The notes: generated by a model not told the origin, from the sequence alone. Numbered from the stretch's first letter, positions 7,679 to 16,822 are shown. The stretch: DNA of 40,077 nucleotides from a virus (IMGVR_UViG_3300016667_000323:1-40077); one strand, 5' to 3'. Made by a program: numbers and translations.

Positions 7679-9394
7679 ATGGACACCATCTACTTCGACA
7701 TCGAATCAAACGGCTTGCTCGACACGACTGACCGGCTGATCTGCATCGGCTGGCAGCGCAAGGGCGAGGAACCCCGCATCGCATTCACGCCTCAGCAGAT
7801 CGAGGAGGCTCTGCGGGCCATCGAACTTGCCGATGAGGTGATCGGCCACAACGTCGTGGCCTTCGACATCCCGGTGTTGAAGAAGCTGTATCCCCGGTGG
7901 AGCGGCCCGAGCGGGGCGGTCAGGGACACGCTCGTCCTTGCCCGCCTCGTCCATCCCGACATCAAGGACGACGACTTCCAGACCGAGGGCTTCCCCAAGG
8001 AGATGACCGGAAGCCACGCGCTGAAGGCGTGGGGCCACCGTCTCGGAATGGCCAAGGGCGTCGTCATGGAGGAGGTCGTTGACTGGAAGAGCCTCGAGTA
8101 CACCGACGAGATTGGTGACTACTGCATGCAGGATGTTCGCATCACTGCGGCTCTACACGAGCGGCTTATGTCGAAGATCAGCAGCCTCGACTCGGTGCTG
8201 CTGGAGCACGACTTCGCTGAGATCATCGCCGGCCAGATCCGCAACGGCTTCTCGTTCGACAAGGAAGCAGCCGGCCAACTGTACTCCGTGCTGGCTGGCG
8301 AGCGGGACCGCCTCGTGCGGGAGCTGCAAGCCGAGGTGCCGCCGACGATCGTCCAACTGAAGACCAAGACCAAGGAGATCCCGTTCAACCCCGCCAGCCG
8401 CCAGCAGATCGCCGCGGCGCTCCGGGCGCTGGGCTGGGAGCCCACTGAGTTCACCCCGTCCGGGGAGGCCAAGGTGGACGAAGCGGTGCTGGGGGCGCTC
8501 GAGTATCCGATCGCCAAGAAGCTGTCGCACTACCTGCTAGTGCAGAAGCGCATCGGCATGCTGGCCGAGGGCGACGAGGCGTGGCTCAAGGTCGAGCGGG
8601 CAGGGCGCATCTACGGCTCCGTGAACCACAACGGCGCGGTGACTGGCCGCTGTACCCACCGCGGCCCCAACATGGCTCAGGTGCCCGCTTGCGGCTCCCC
8701 CTACGGCAAGGAGTGCCGCTCCCTGTTCACGGCCCCCAAGGGCCGGGTGCTGGTGGGTGTGGACGCTGCTGGCTTGGAGCTGCGGTGCCTCGCGCACTAC
8801 ATGGCCAAGTGGGACGACGGTGCCTTCGCCAAGGAGCTGCTCGAGGGCGACATCCACACGGCGAACCAGAAGGCCGCCGGCCTGCCCACGCGCAACGATG
8901 CGAAACTGTTCATCTACGCCTTCCTGTACGGGGCTGGCCCAGCGAAGCTGGGGAAGATCATCGGCGGCGGCTACAACGAGGGCAAGGAGATGCAGAAGCG
9001 TTTCCTCGCCAAGGTGCCCGCCCTGAAGAAGCTCAAGGACGCGGTGGAGCAGGCCTCCAAGCGGGGCCACATCTACGGCCTCGACGGCCGCCGCCTCCGC
9101 ATCCGCTCCGCCCACGCGGCCCTGAACACGCTGCTGCAGAGCGCCGGTGCCATCATCATGAAGCAGGCCACGGTGTTGATGCACCGGGAGCTGCTGAGAC
9201 ACGGGCTCGCTGGCCGCTTCAAGCAGGTGGCTCACATCCACGACGAAGTGCAGTTTGAGGTTGACGCGGCCGACGCTGACGAGGCGGCGCGGATCGTGAA
9301 GAGGTGCATCACCAAGGCAGGCGAGGTGCTGGGTTTCCGCTGCCGACTCGATGGCGAGGCCAAGATTGGCCGCAACTGGGCAGAGACCCACTGA
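7679..9394 (+). CDS. polA: Family A DNA polymerase (T7 gp5-like, lacking the thioredoxin-binding insert)
   Basis: Exonuclease motifs FDIE, GHNVVAFD, YCMQD; polymerase motifs DAAGLELR, RNDAKLFIYAFLYG, IHDEVQ. Confidence 0.96.
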   Translation: MDTIYFDIESNGLLDTTDRLICIGWQRKGEEPRIAFTPQQIEEALRAIELADEVIGHNVVAFDIPVLKKLYPRWSGPSGAVRDTLVLARLVHPDIKDDDFQTEGFPKEMTGSHALKAWGHRLGMAKGVVMEEVVDWKSLEYTDEIGDYCMQDVRITAALHERLMSKISSLDSVLLEHDFAEIIAGQIRNGFSFDKEAAGQLYSVLAGERDRLVRELQAEVPPTIVQLKTKTKEIPFNPASRQQIAAALRALGWEPTEFTPSGEAKVDEAVLGALEYPIAKKLSHYLLVQKRIGMLAEGDEAWLKVERAGRIYGSVNHNGAVTGRCTHRGPNMAQVPACGSPYGKECRSLFTAPKGRVLVGVDAAGLELRCLAHYMAKWDDGAFAKELLEGDIHTANQKAAGLPTRNDAKLFIYAFLYGAGPAKLGKIIGGGYNEGKEMQKRFLAKVPALKKLKDAVEQASKRGHIYGLDGRRLRIRSAHAALNTLLQSAGAIIMKQATVLMHRELLRHGLAGRFKQVAHIHDEVQFEVDAADADEAARIVKRCITKAGEVLGFRCRLDGEAKIGRNWAETH

Positions 9395-9400
9395 GCATGT

Positions 9401-9781
9401 ATGCCAACCGCATCAGAGCTAGCCTACATCGCGGGATTGTTCGACGGCGAAGGTTGTGTTCGCCACACGGGGAAGTCGGAACACGTCTTCATCACGAGCT
9501 GCTACCCCCACCACCTTCTGTGGATTCAGAAGCTGGGGCGCTGCGGAACGATCAGGACGATCAAGGACAATCGACCGGGGCACCGCTGTGCCTACCGATT
9601 GGAATTGTACGGTAAAAACGCCGTCTCTTTCATTGAAGAAATTAGGCCATTCCTGAGGGAGAAGGCCTACCAAGCCGATATACTGCTCAGCATCAGAGGG
9701 CTACCCGCAAGGTCCTCGGCCCGGAAGATGGCGATCGAGGAACTCAAGAAAGCAAAGAGAATCAACTATGGACCCGCATGA
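9401..9781 (+). CDS. Free-standing single-motif LAGLIDADG homing endonuclease-like protein
   Basis: LAYIAGLFDGEGCV motif and FIEEIRPFLREKAYQA C-terminal pattern; more AT-rich than its neighbours. Confidence 0.8.
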   Translation: MPTASELAYIAGLFDGEGCVRHTGKSEHVFITSCYPHHLLWIQKLGRCGTIRTIKDNRPGHRCAYRLELYGKNAVSFIEEIRPFLREKAYQADILLSIRGLPARSSARKMAIEELKKAKRINYGPA

Positions 9782-9989
9782 TCCGCGCAACCCGCTGAAC
9801 CACTACACGACCGAGCAACTACTCAACGCGGTTGCCTCCCGGTTCGATGCGTTCATCTTCGTCGGTAGCCAGACCAAAACCAAGTCAGCGCAGGACCTGA
9901 CCTACTGCTCGTGCGGACCGTTCCACGCCTGCATCGGTCTGGCCGAGACTGCCAAGATGCTAATCTCTGCGGGAGGGCCTGAGGAATGA
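9768..9989 (+). CDS. Hypothetical protein
   Basis: Overlaps both neighbouring genes in a tightly packed operon. Confidence 0.6.
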   Translation: MDPHDPRNPLNHYTTEQLLNAVASRFDAFIFVGSQTKTKSAQDLTYCSCGPFHACIGLAETAKMLISAGGPEE

Positions 9990-10276
9990 GCGACGATCCG
10001 GCGAGCAAGGATGCATTCAAGTGGGAGTGCCGCATGAAGCAGATCGAGGCACTGAGGACCCCGTGGGAAGGTATGGGAGCGATGGCCAACACTGAGCGGC
10101 ACATCGCGGCCCTGACGATCGAGAACCTGATGGGTGAAGTCGAGGCGTGGAAGCGGGCCATGCAGAAGGCCGAGCGTGACATCGCTGAGCTGCGGAAGAA
10201 CCTGCAAGAGTGCGAAGAGCTGATTGATGAATATCAAAGATCAGAGGCAGACAGAACCAGATGGGAGCAGCGATGA
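9986..10276 (+). CDS. Hypothetical coiled-coil protein
   Basis: ATGA overlaps at both ends; genome-typical codon usage. Confidence 0.65.
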   Translation: MSDDPASKDAFKWECRMKQIEALRTPWEGMGAMANTERHIAALTIENLMGEVEAWKRAMQKAERDIAELRKNLQECEELIDEYQRSEADRTRWEQR

Positions 10277-11040
10277 GCAAGAAGAAGAAGCCAACCCACG
10301 CCCTGATCGACGCGGACATCCTGCTGTACCAGACCAGCACCGCGGTAGAGAAGGCCATCGACTGGGGCAACGACTGGTGGACCCTGCACTCGGACGCCCG
10401 AGAGGCCCAGCAGATGTTCGACGTTGCCCTTGGCGATATCCTAGACAAGGTGAAGACGAAGAAGTTCACGCTGTGCTTCAGCAGCCCCAACAACTTCCGC
10501 ATCCGGGTGCTGGCCGACTACAAGGCGAACCGCCTGACCACCCGCAAGCCGCTGGCCTACGCCGCTGTCCGTAAGTACGCGGAGGAGACCTACACCACCG
10601 CGGCCCTGCCTACGCTGGAAGCTGACGACGTGATAGGGATTATGGGCACCATGCCCAGCCCGAAGCATGACTACATCATGGTGTCGGAGGACAAGGACTT
10701 CCGCACCATCCCCGGCCGGCACTTCAACCCCCGCACCGGGAACTTCCTCGAGGTGTCCGTGCAGGCGGCTGACCGCCACCACCTGTACCAGACCCTGATC
10801 GGGGATACGACCGATAACTACAAGGGCTGCCCCGGCATCGGGCCAGTCAAGGCCGAGGCCCTGCTCGATGCAGACTGCTCGTGGCCAGCTGTTGTCTCCG
10901 CCTTCGTGAAAGCTGGACTGACCGAGGAAGACGCGCTCGTTCAGGCCAGAGTCGCCCGCATCCTGCGTCACGGCGAGTATGATCTTCAGACCGCCAAGGT
11001 ACACCTATGGACACCCCAGACAGCTACTTCGCAAGCGTGA
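10273..11040 (+). CDS. T7 gp6-like 5'-3' exonuclease
   Basis: LIDADILLY, YKANR, LEADDVIGI, SEDKDF, GDTTDNYKGCPGIG. Confidence 0.93.
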   Translation: MSKKKKPTHALIDADILLYQTSTAVEKAIDWGNDWWTLHSDAREAQQMFDVALGDILDKVKTKKFTLCFSSPNNFRIRVLADYKANRLTTRKPLAYAAVRKYAEETYTTAALPTLEADDVIGIMGTMPSPKHDYIMVSEDKDFRTIPGRHFNPRTGNFLEVSVQAADRHHLYQTLIGDTTDNYKGCPGIGPVKAEALLDADCSWPAVVSAFVKAGLTEEDALVQARVARILRHGEYDLQTAKVHLWTPQTATSQA

Positions 11041-11402
11041 AGGATTCCGGCAAGCGGGAAGCCTTCGATACCGGCAGCCAGCGCGACACCCGAGAGGGCA
11101 AGGGCAGGTTCGACCTGCTCAGCCCGTTCGTCCTTGAGCGGGATTCCGTTCACTTGGAGAACGGTGCCCGTAAGTATGGAGACCGAAACTGGGAGAAGGG
11201 CCAGCCCCTGTCCCGATACCTCGACTCCGCCATGCGTCATCTCAACAAGTACCTGATGGGCCATCTGGACGAGGACCATCTGGCGGCTGCCCGCTGGAAC
11301 ATCGCGGCCATCATGCACACCGAGCTGATGATCAAGATGGGCCTGCTGCCAGAGGAACTGGATGACCTGCCGAAGTGGGTTCAGCATTACCCGGCCTTTT
11401 GA
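11007..11402 (+). CDS. dATP/dGTP diphosphohydrolase-like (DUF5664-type) protein
   Basis: GKGRFDLL...GARKYGDRNWEKG...DSAMRHL...EDHLAAARWN signature. Confidence 0.8.
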   Translation: MDTPDSYFASVKDSGKREAFDTGSQRDTREGKGRFDLLSPFVLERDSVHLENGARKYGDRNWEKGQPLSRYLDSAMRHLNKYLMGHLDEDHLAAARWNIAAIMHTELMIKMGLLPEELDDLPKWVQHYPAF

Positions 11403-11412
11403 GGAGAATCCA

Positions 11413-11664
11413 ATGAAGAACCAACCAATCAACAAGAAGGGTCGCCGCCCGTCCACCGAGTACGTGGACCCGGACGCCCCCAAGCGCACCCTCCGCCCGT
11501 GGGAGGATGTGGCCCGGATCTACACTGAGAAGACAGGCGAGCCCATGACCAACGCAAACGCCCGGGATATCGCGATCCGGGCCTTTGAAAAGCTCCGCAA
11601 GGAGCTGGACAAGCGCAAGAACACGCAGCTCCGCGGCCTGTTCGTCGCGGCGATTGCCGATTGA
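11413..11664 (+). CDS. Small basic HTH protein resembling sigma70 region 4
   Basis: GAGGAG RBS; RPWEDVARIY...MTNANARDIAIRAFEKLRKEL resembles region 4.2 RTLEEVG...TRERIRQIEAKALRKLR. Confidence 0.55.
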   Translation: MKNQPINKKGRRPSTEYVDPDAPKRTLRPWEDVARIYTEKTGEPMTNANARDIAIRAFEKLRKELDKRKNTQLRGLFVAAIAD

Positions 11665-11675
11665 AGGGTGACTTT

Positions 11676-11888
11676 ATGGAGCGTCCTGATTTCCGCCCCG
11701 TTCCGCCCGTCCACGAGGACCTCGTGAAGGACCTCGAGGATCGGTTCCCCGATCGTTGCCCCGGCATCGAATGGTCCGATCGCCAGATCTGGTTCTATGC
11801 AGGCCAGAGGGCTGTTGTCGAGTTCTTGAAGAAGGCGCTGCAGCGCCAGATCGAAAGCAGGTTCCACAATGTGCATGAGCGCACCTAG
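11676..11888 (+). CDS. Conserved-type small phage protein upstream of the portal
   Basis: LEDRFPDRCP...IWFYAGQRAVVEFL pattern, recalled from T7-like pre-portal genes; position. Confidence 0.65.
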   Translation: MERPDFRPVPPVHEDLVKDLEDRFPDRCPGIEWSDRQIWFYAGQRAVVEFLKKALQRQIESRFHNVHERT

Positions 11889-12081
11889 CATCCCAAAGCC
11901 GCCCGAGCCCCCTCCCCCGCCTCCACCCGCACCTGCCCCGGCTGCCCGCATGGCGTCCATGGCTCAGGCGAACCCCGTCAACAACAGTTCTGCCTACACG
12001 TCCCCGACCCGCCGCACCAGCAAGGCGTCTCTGACGATCCCGCTCGGCGGCATGAGTAGCCAGTCTGGCATCTCTTACTGA
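11869..12081 (+). CDS. Small Pro-rich virion/assembly protein (gp6.7/7.3-like position)
   Basis: MC-start, PPPP-rich, SLTIPL near the C-terminus, immediately before the portal. Confidence 0.65.
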   Translation: MCMSAPSIPKPPEPPPPPPPAPAPAARMASMAQANPVNNSSAYTSPTRRTSKASLTIPLGGMSSQSGISY

Positions 12082-12089
12082 GATCAACT

Positions 12090-13658
12090 ATGGAATCAGC
12101 ACAGGGCATCTACTCTCGTCTGGAATCCGACCGGGACCCCTTCCTCCGTCGGGCCCGTGACTGTTCCAAGCTGACGCTCCCGACACTCATCCCACCTCAG
12201 GGGCACTCCCACGTCACTGTGTACCCGACTCCCTTCCAAGGACTGGGGGCCCGCGGCGTAAACCACCTCGCGGCATCGCTGCTGATGTCGCTACTCCCCC
12301 CGAACCAGCCCTTCTTCCGTCTGGTTCTGGATGAGGAGGCCGTGCGCGCCCTCGGTCAGGGGAGCGAGTACAAGACTCAGATCGACCAGACCCTCAGCGC
12401 GATCGAGCGGGCAGTGATGCAGGAGGTCGAGACGATGGCCATTCGACCGGCCATCTTCGAGGCCCTCAAGCACCTGATCGTTTCCGGCAACATCCTCGTG
12501 TACATGGCCGAGGACGGCCTCCGGGTGTTCCATCTCGATCAGTACGTGGTACAGCGAGACCCGATGGGCCGCCCCATGAAGATCGTCGTCAAGGAGTGCA
12601 TGGCTGCAGCCACGCTCCCCGACGAGGCGAAGGCGCTCGTGGTCGCTCAGGGAGGAGGTGGCACCGAAGAGGTTGATCTGTACACCGGCATCTGCCGCTG
12701 CGCCGACGGTAAGTGGAGCGTCTGGCAGGAGGTCAAGGGCGTTGTGCTCGAGTCCTCGATCGGCACCTACAAGGAAGATGCGCTTCCGTGGTTTGCCCTG
12801 CGCATGAACCGCGTGGACGGCGAGAGCTACGGCCGCAGCTACGTCGAGGAGTACCTCGGTGACCTGAAGAGCCTCGAGTCGCTGACTCAGGCAATCGTTG
12901 AGGGATCGGCCGCGGCGGCCAAGGTCCTGTTCCTTGTGAACCCCAACGGCATGACCGAGCCGGATGTCCTGTCCAAGAGTCCCAACGGAGCGATCCGAGA
13001 AGGAATGGCCACCGATGTGTCAGTACTTCAGGTTCAGAAGCAGGCGGATTTCAGCATTGCTTTTCAGACGATCGGTGCCATCCGTGAACGTCTCAATTAC
13101 GCATTCCTGCTCGCGGAATCTACGATTCGCAATGCTGAGCGTGTTACCGCGGAGGAAGTCCGTCTCACGACGGCCGCGGTAGAGCGCCAGCTTGGCGGAA
13201 TCTACTCCGTGCTCAGTCAGGAGTTCCAAGTCCCGCTGGTGAATCGCCTCATGGAGGTGATGACCCGCAAGAAGAAGCTGCCGAAGGTTCCGAAGGAGTT
13301 CATCAAGCCGCTGATCATCACCGGCATCGATGCCCTCGGCCGCGGTAACGACCTGCAGAAGCTGGACCTGTTCCTGATGGGCGTGCAGCAGACCCTCGGC
13401 CCGCAGGTGCTCATGCAGTTCGTGAACGTGCAGGAGTACCTCGCCCGCCGCGCTGCTGCCCTCGGCATCGATCCCACGGGCCTGATCAAAGACCCTCAAA
13501 CGATGGCGCAGGAACAGAATCAGGCGCAGCAGATGGCCCTCGTGAACAAGCTTGGGCCCAGCGCAGTGAACCAGATTGGGAAACTGGCAGCAAATGGCCA
13601 GCTCCCGACAGCGCAGCAGGGCGCGGGCGCTATGATGAATCCACCACAAGGAGGTTGA
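12090..13658 (+). CDS. Head-tail connector (portal, gp8)
   Basis: TPFQGLGARGVNHLA, GESYGRSYVEEYLGDL, RNAERVTAEEVR, LGGIYSVLSQEFQ. Confidence 0.96.
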   Translation: MESAQGIYSRLESDRDPFLRRARDCSKLTLPTLIPPQGHSHVTVYPTPFQGLGARGVNHLAASLLMSLLPPNQPFFRLVLDEEAVRALGQGSEYKTQIDQTLSAIERAVMQEVETMAIRPAIFEALKHLIVSGNILVYMAEDGLRVFHLDQYVVQRDPMGRPMKIVVKECMAAATLPDEAKALVVAQGGGGTEEVDLYTGICRCADGKWSVWQEVKGVVLESSIGTYKEDALPWFALRMNRVDGESYGRSYVEEYLGDLKSLESLTQAIVEGSAAAAKVLFLVNPNGMTEPDVLSKSPNGAIREGMATDVSVLQVQKQADFSIAFQTIGAIRERLNYAFLLAESTIRNAERVTAEEVRLTTAAVERQLGGIYSVLSQEFQVPLVNRLMEVMTRKKKLPKVPKEFIKPLIITGIDALGRGNDLQKLDLFLMGVQQTLGPQVLMQFVNVQEYLARRAAALGIDPTGLIKDPQTMAQEQNQAQQMALVNKLGPSAVNQIGKLAANGQLPTAQQGAGAMMNPPQGG

Positions 13659-13664
13659 TCATTT

Positions 13665-14381
13665 ATGGATCGAGTCGAAGTCAAGCCAGAAGTCCCCGGC
13701 CCCATGGCCCCCGGCGTTGAGATGCCGGCAGAGAACACCCAGCCCCAGCAGACCGAGACCGCCCCGGCAGAGCGCCCGGCGTGGCTCCCTGAGGGCTTTG
13801 AGAGCCCCGAGCAGCTCGCGGAGGCATACAAGGCCCTCCAGAGCAAGCCTGCGGAAGAGCCTGCCGCGACAGCCGAAGACACGGCCGCGCAGGAGAAGCT
13901 CCAGAAGTACTCCGAGGAGTTCTTCGAGAAGGGCACCCTCAGCGACCAGTCCTACGCGGATCTGGCGAAGATGGGCTACCCGCGGCAGGTCGTGGACCAG
14001 TTCATTGCCGGCCAGAAGGCCATGGTCTCCGCCGAGGAGCAGCGTGTGTTCAGCGAGGTGGGCGGCCGTGACAACTACGGCAAAATGATCGAGTGGGCAG
14101 CGCAGAACCTCCCGCAGGAGGAGATCGCGGCCTACAACACCACCCTCGAGTCGGGCGACATCAATCAGGTGATGATGGCTGCCCGTGGCCTGCAGGCGCG
14201 CTACAGCGCTGCTGCGGGCAAGCCCGAGCCGAAGCTCATCGGCGGCAGCGGTAAGACCGCACCGAGTGGCTTCAACAGCGTGGCTCAGGTCGTTCAGGCC
14301 ATGAGCGACCCGCGCTACAAGACCGACCCGGCGTATCGTGCCGAGGTCGCGCAGAAGATCGCTTCCTCCAACGTCCTTTGA
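13665..14381 (+). CDS. Capsid assembly scaffolding protein (gp9)
   Basis: RPAWLPEGF, acidic, C-terminal AMSDPRYKTDPAYRAEV; follows the portal. Confidence 0.9.
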   Translation: MDRVEVKPEVPGPMAPGVEMPAENTQPQQTETAPAERPAWLPEGFESPEQLAEAYKALQSKPAEEPAATAEDTAAQEKLQKYSEEFFEKGTLSDQSYADLAKMGYPRQVVDQFIAGQKAMVSAEEQRVFSEVGGRDNYGKMIEWAAQNLPQEEIAAYNTTLESGDINQVMMAARGLQARYSAAAGKPEPKLIGGSGKTAPSGFNSVAQVVQAMSDPRYKTDPAYRAEVAQKIASSNVL

Positions 14382-14390
14382 GGTGACCCT

Positions 14391-14612
14391 ATGGAAACGC
14401 AGAACACTCCCGAAACCACCCCTGTTGCTCGTCCCGGCTACAAGACCACCGAGTTCTGGCTGAGCCTCGCGGCTGTCGCCGTCGGCGCGGTTCAGGCCTC
14501 GGGAATCGTCCCGAACGAGGGCATCTGGGCTCAGGTGCTGGGTACGGTGACTGTGGCTCTCGTGGCGCTTGGCTATACCGGCGCGCGTCTGAGCATCAAG
14601 AAGGCGGGCTGA
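14391..14612 (+). CDS. Putative holin (two transmembrane segments)
   Basis: GYKTTEFWL followed by two hydrophobic helices and a basic C-terminus; GAGG RBS. Confidence 0.6.
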   Translation: METQNTPETTPVARPGYKTTEFWLSLAAVAVGAVQASGIVPNEGIWAQVLGTVTVALVALGYTGARLSIKKAG

Positions 14613-14613
14613 T

Positions 14614-14799
14614 ATGTGGGCGGCCATCGGTGTCGCCCTGTCGGCCCTGATCCGAGAATTGGTCGGTCAGGTTTGGAGACGTGCCAATGAACCTTCACTA
14701 TCGAAGGATGCCCCTTCTCCTCCCGGCACTACTTACGAGCGCTTTGCTCGCCGGGTGCGGGGGTACACGAGTGGTATTCGTCCACCCGACCGACCATGA
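14614..14799 (+). CDS. Putative Rz-like inner-membrane spanin
   Basis: N-terminal hydrophobic anchor; overlapped by a lipoprotein ORF in another frame. Confidence 0.5.
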   Translation: MWAAIGVALSALIRELVGQVWRRANEPSLSKDAPSPPGTTYERFARRVRGYTSGIRPPDRP

Positions 14800-14968
14800 T
14801 CTTGTAAGACTTGGCCCCGATGTCCGGGGCCATGTCTATTATTGGAACGGCTCCGATTGGGAGCTGTCCAAGAACGAAGTCCGCATACCCGAGGGCTGGT
14901 ATGCGGGCTACGTCTCCCCCGAGGGGCGAGACTCCACTAGCCCTGACCCGACTCCCAACCACCAGTAG
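14687..14968 (+). CDS. Putative Rz1-like outer-membrane lipoprotein (o-spanin)
   Basis: Signal peptide RRMPLLLPALLTSALLAG-C with canonical lipobox LAGC; GGAG upstream of ATG 14687. Confidence 0.6.
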   Translation: MNLHYRRMPLLLPALLTSALLAGCGGTRVVFVHPTDHDLVRLGPDVRGHVYYWNGSDWELSKNEVRIPEGWYAGYVSPEGRDSTSPDPTPNHQ

Positions 14969-15065
14969 CTCCGGTCCCCGCTGAGGCGGGACCGACCGCG
15001 ATAGCGCGGCTGGATGGGGTCACCCGTGTCTCTTTCGCACCCCATCGATTAGGAATCAATCTCCA

Positions 15066-16157
15066 ATGGCAGTTTCCAAGGTTTCGTTCGTTGGCCAGAA
15101 TGCCAGCAACGGTAACAACACTCTCGGTTCGTTCAACACCACGTTCGCTGATCAGAATGAGCTGTTCCTGAAGGTCTTCGCTGGCGAAGTCCTCCAGACG
15201 TTCGAGACGGCGACGGTGATGAAGCCCCTCCACCAGCTCCGCACCATCACCAGCGGCAAGTCGGCTATCTTCCCGGTCACCGGCGTGGCGTCGGCCAAGT
15301 ACCACAAGCCCGGCACCGATCTGCTCGTGGACAACGGCCACGACAGCGCCAGCTACGTGACGGCGTTCCGTCACGCTGAGAAGGTGATCAACGTGGATGA
15401 CCTGCTGGTCGCCACCACCTTCCTCGACAAGCTGGACGAGGCGAAGAACTACTACGACGTGCGCTCGATCTACACTCAGGAACTCGGCCGCGCGCTCGCT
15501 CGTCAGTTCGACACCAACACCCTCGGCCTCGCGGTCCTCTCGGCGGCCACCTTCAGCGGCGCGGTTCCGACTGCCCGCACGGCCAACGTTACCGGCAGCG
15601 GCGCGGGCGAACTGGTGACCAGCGCCACGTTCAACAGCCAGCACACCAGCGGAACGATCACGAACTCGGCCGGTGTGGTGCAGGCGTTCATCGACTCGCT
15701 GTTCACGATGGCTCGCAAGATGGACGAGAAGAACGTCCCGAGCGAGGAGCGTTACTGCGTGGTCACCCCCGGCACCTACTACACGCTGATCAACAGCAGC
15801 GAGGGCCGCGTGCTCATCAACCGCGACTTCGGCGCTGACCCGAGCAGCTCCTACCCGGGCGCGAAGCTGGCGAGCATCGCTGGCTTCCAGCTCGTGAAGA
15901 GCAACATCGCTCCGAGCGTGTACGGCACCAACATGAGCAGCCTCACCGGTCAGAACAACACCTACACTGGCAACTTCAGCCGCGTCGTCAGCGCGTGCTT
16001 CCAGCGTCAGGCGTTCGGTACCGTCAAGCTGCTCGACCTCGCGATGGAGTCGGATTACGACATCCGTCTGCAGGGCAACATGATGGTCGCCAAGTACGCG
16101 ATGGGTCACGGCATCCTCCGCCCGGAGTGCGCCGGCATCATCGCCTCGACGGCCTGA
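15066..16157 (+). CDS. Major capsid protein (gp10A-like)
   Basis: LFLKVFAGEVL, RTITSGKSAIFPVTG, EKVINVDDLL, YDVRSIY, KYAMGHGILRPECA. Confidence 0.96.
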   Translation: MAVSKVSFVGQNASNGNNTLGSFNTTFADQNELFLKVFAGEVLQTFETATVMKPLHQLRTITSGKSAIFPVTGVASAKYHKPGTDLLVDNGHDSASYVTAFRHAEKVINVDDLLVATTFLDKLDEAKNYYDVRSIYTQELGRALARQFDTNTLGLAVLSAATFSGAVPTARTANVTGSGAGELVTSATFNSQHTSGTITNSAGVVQAFIDSLFTMARKMDEKNVPSEERYCVVTPGTYYTLINSSEGRVLINRDFGADPSSSYPGAKLASIAGFQLVKSNIAPSVYGTNMSSLTGQNNTYTGNFSRVVSACFQRQAFGTVKLLDLAMESDYDIRLQGNMMVAKYAMGHGILRPECAGIIASTA

Positions 16158-16172
16158 TCTAGCCTGAACTAG

Positions 16173-16204
16173 GGCCCGGTCCCAGAAATGGGATCGGGCC
16201 TTTT
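16173..16204 (+). terminator. Intrinsic terminator after the capsid gene (T-phi analogue)
   Basis: Stem GGCCCGGTCCCA / TGGGATCGGGCC with GAAA loop, followed by TTTT. Confidence 0.85.
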
Positions 16205-16223
16205 ACCAACCCCGGAGACCCCC

Positions 16224-16814
16224 ATGGCCATCTCAATCACATCGAAGCTTCAGGCCGTCAACACCATGCTGGCGACGATCGGTTCGTCCCCCGTCAACAG
16301 CCTCACCGGCTCGAACTCCGCCGATGTCGCCATGGCGGTCCAGACGCTGGACGAGGTGAGCCTCGCGGTCCAGTCGAAGGGCTGGCACTTCAACACCGAC
16401 GAGGACCGGGAGCTGACCCCGGACCCCATCTCCAAGGAGATCGTCGTCGGAAGCAACGTTATCCTCTGCGACGTGGACAACAGCTCGTCTGTGGATGTCG
16501 TCCTACGCGGCACCCGGCTGTACGACCGTGTGACCAAGACCTACCAGTTCTCACAGTCCGTGAAGGCCAAGATGGTGGTCGCCCTCGAGTGGGACGAGCT
16601 TCCGCAGGCTGCCCGTCAGTATGTGATGATCCGGGCCGCCCGCATCTTCTCAGACCGCGCCGTCGGCTCCGAAAAGCAGCACACCTTCACGCTCCGCGAC
16701 GAGCTGGTCGCCCTGTCGAACCTCAGGCGATACGAGGGCGAGACGGCCGACCACACCATCTTCGACCATTACGACGTGTACCGCGTGATCGATCGCCAGT
16801 ACCCCCTGTTCTGA
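16224..16814 (+). CDS. Tail tubular protein A (gp11)
   Basis: LQAVNTMLATIGSSPV, VQSKGWHFN, LPQAARQYV..RAARIF. Confidence 0.93.
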   Translation: MAISITSKLQAVNTMLATIGSSPVNSLTGSNSADVAMAVQTLDEVSLAVQSKGWHFNTDEDRELTPDPISKEIVVGSNVILCDVDNSSSVDVVLRGTRLYDRVTKTYQFSQSVKAKMVVALEWDELPQAARQYVMIRAARIFSDRAVGSEKQHTFTLRDELVALSNLRRYEGETADHTIFDHYDVYRVIDRQYPLF

Positions 16815-16822
16815 GGTAGCGA

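Noticed and set aside
9395-9790. Group I intron or intein around the LAGLIDADG ORF
   Set aside because: polA is complete, and the flanks leave no room for intron core structure
12964-13182. +1-frame ORF within the portal gene over an AT3-rich patch
   Set aside because: Weak start context and an Arg/Ser-rich shadow-like product; such patches recur, so support is insufficient
16100-16210. T7-style 10A/10B capsid frameshift extension
   Set aside because: No slippery site seen, and a terminator follows the stop immediately
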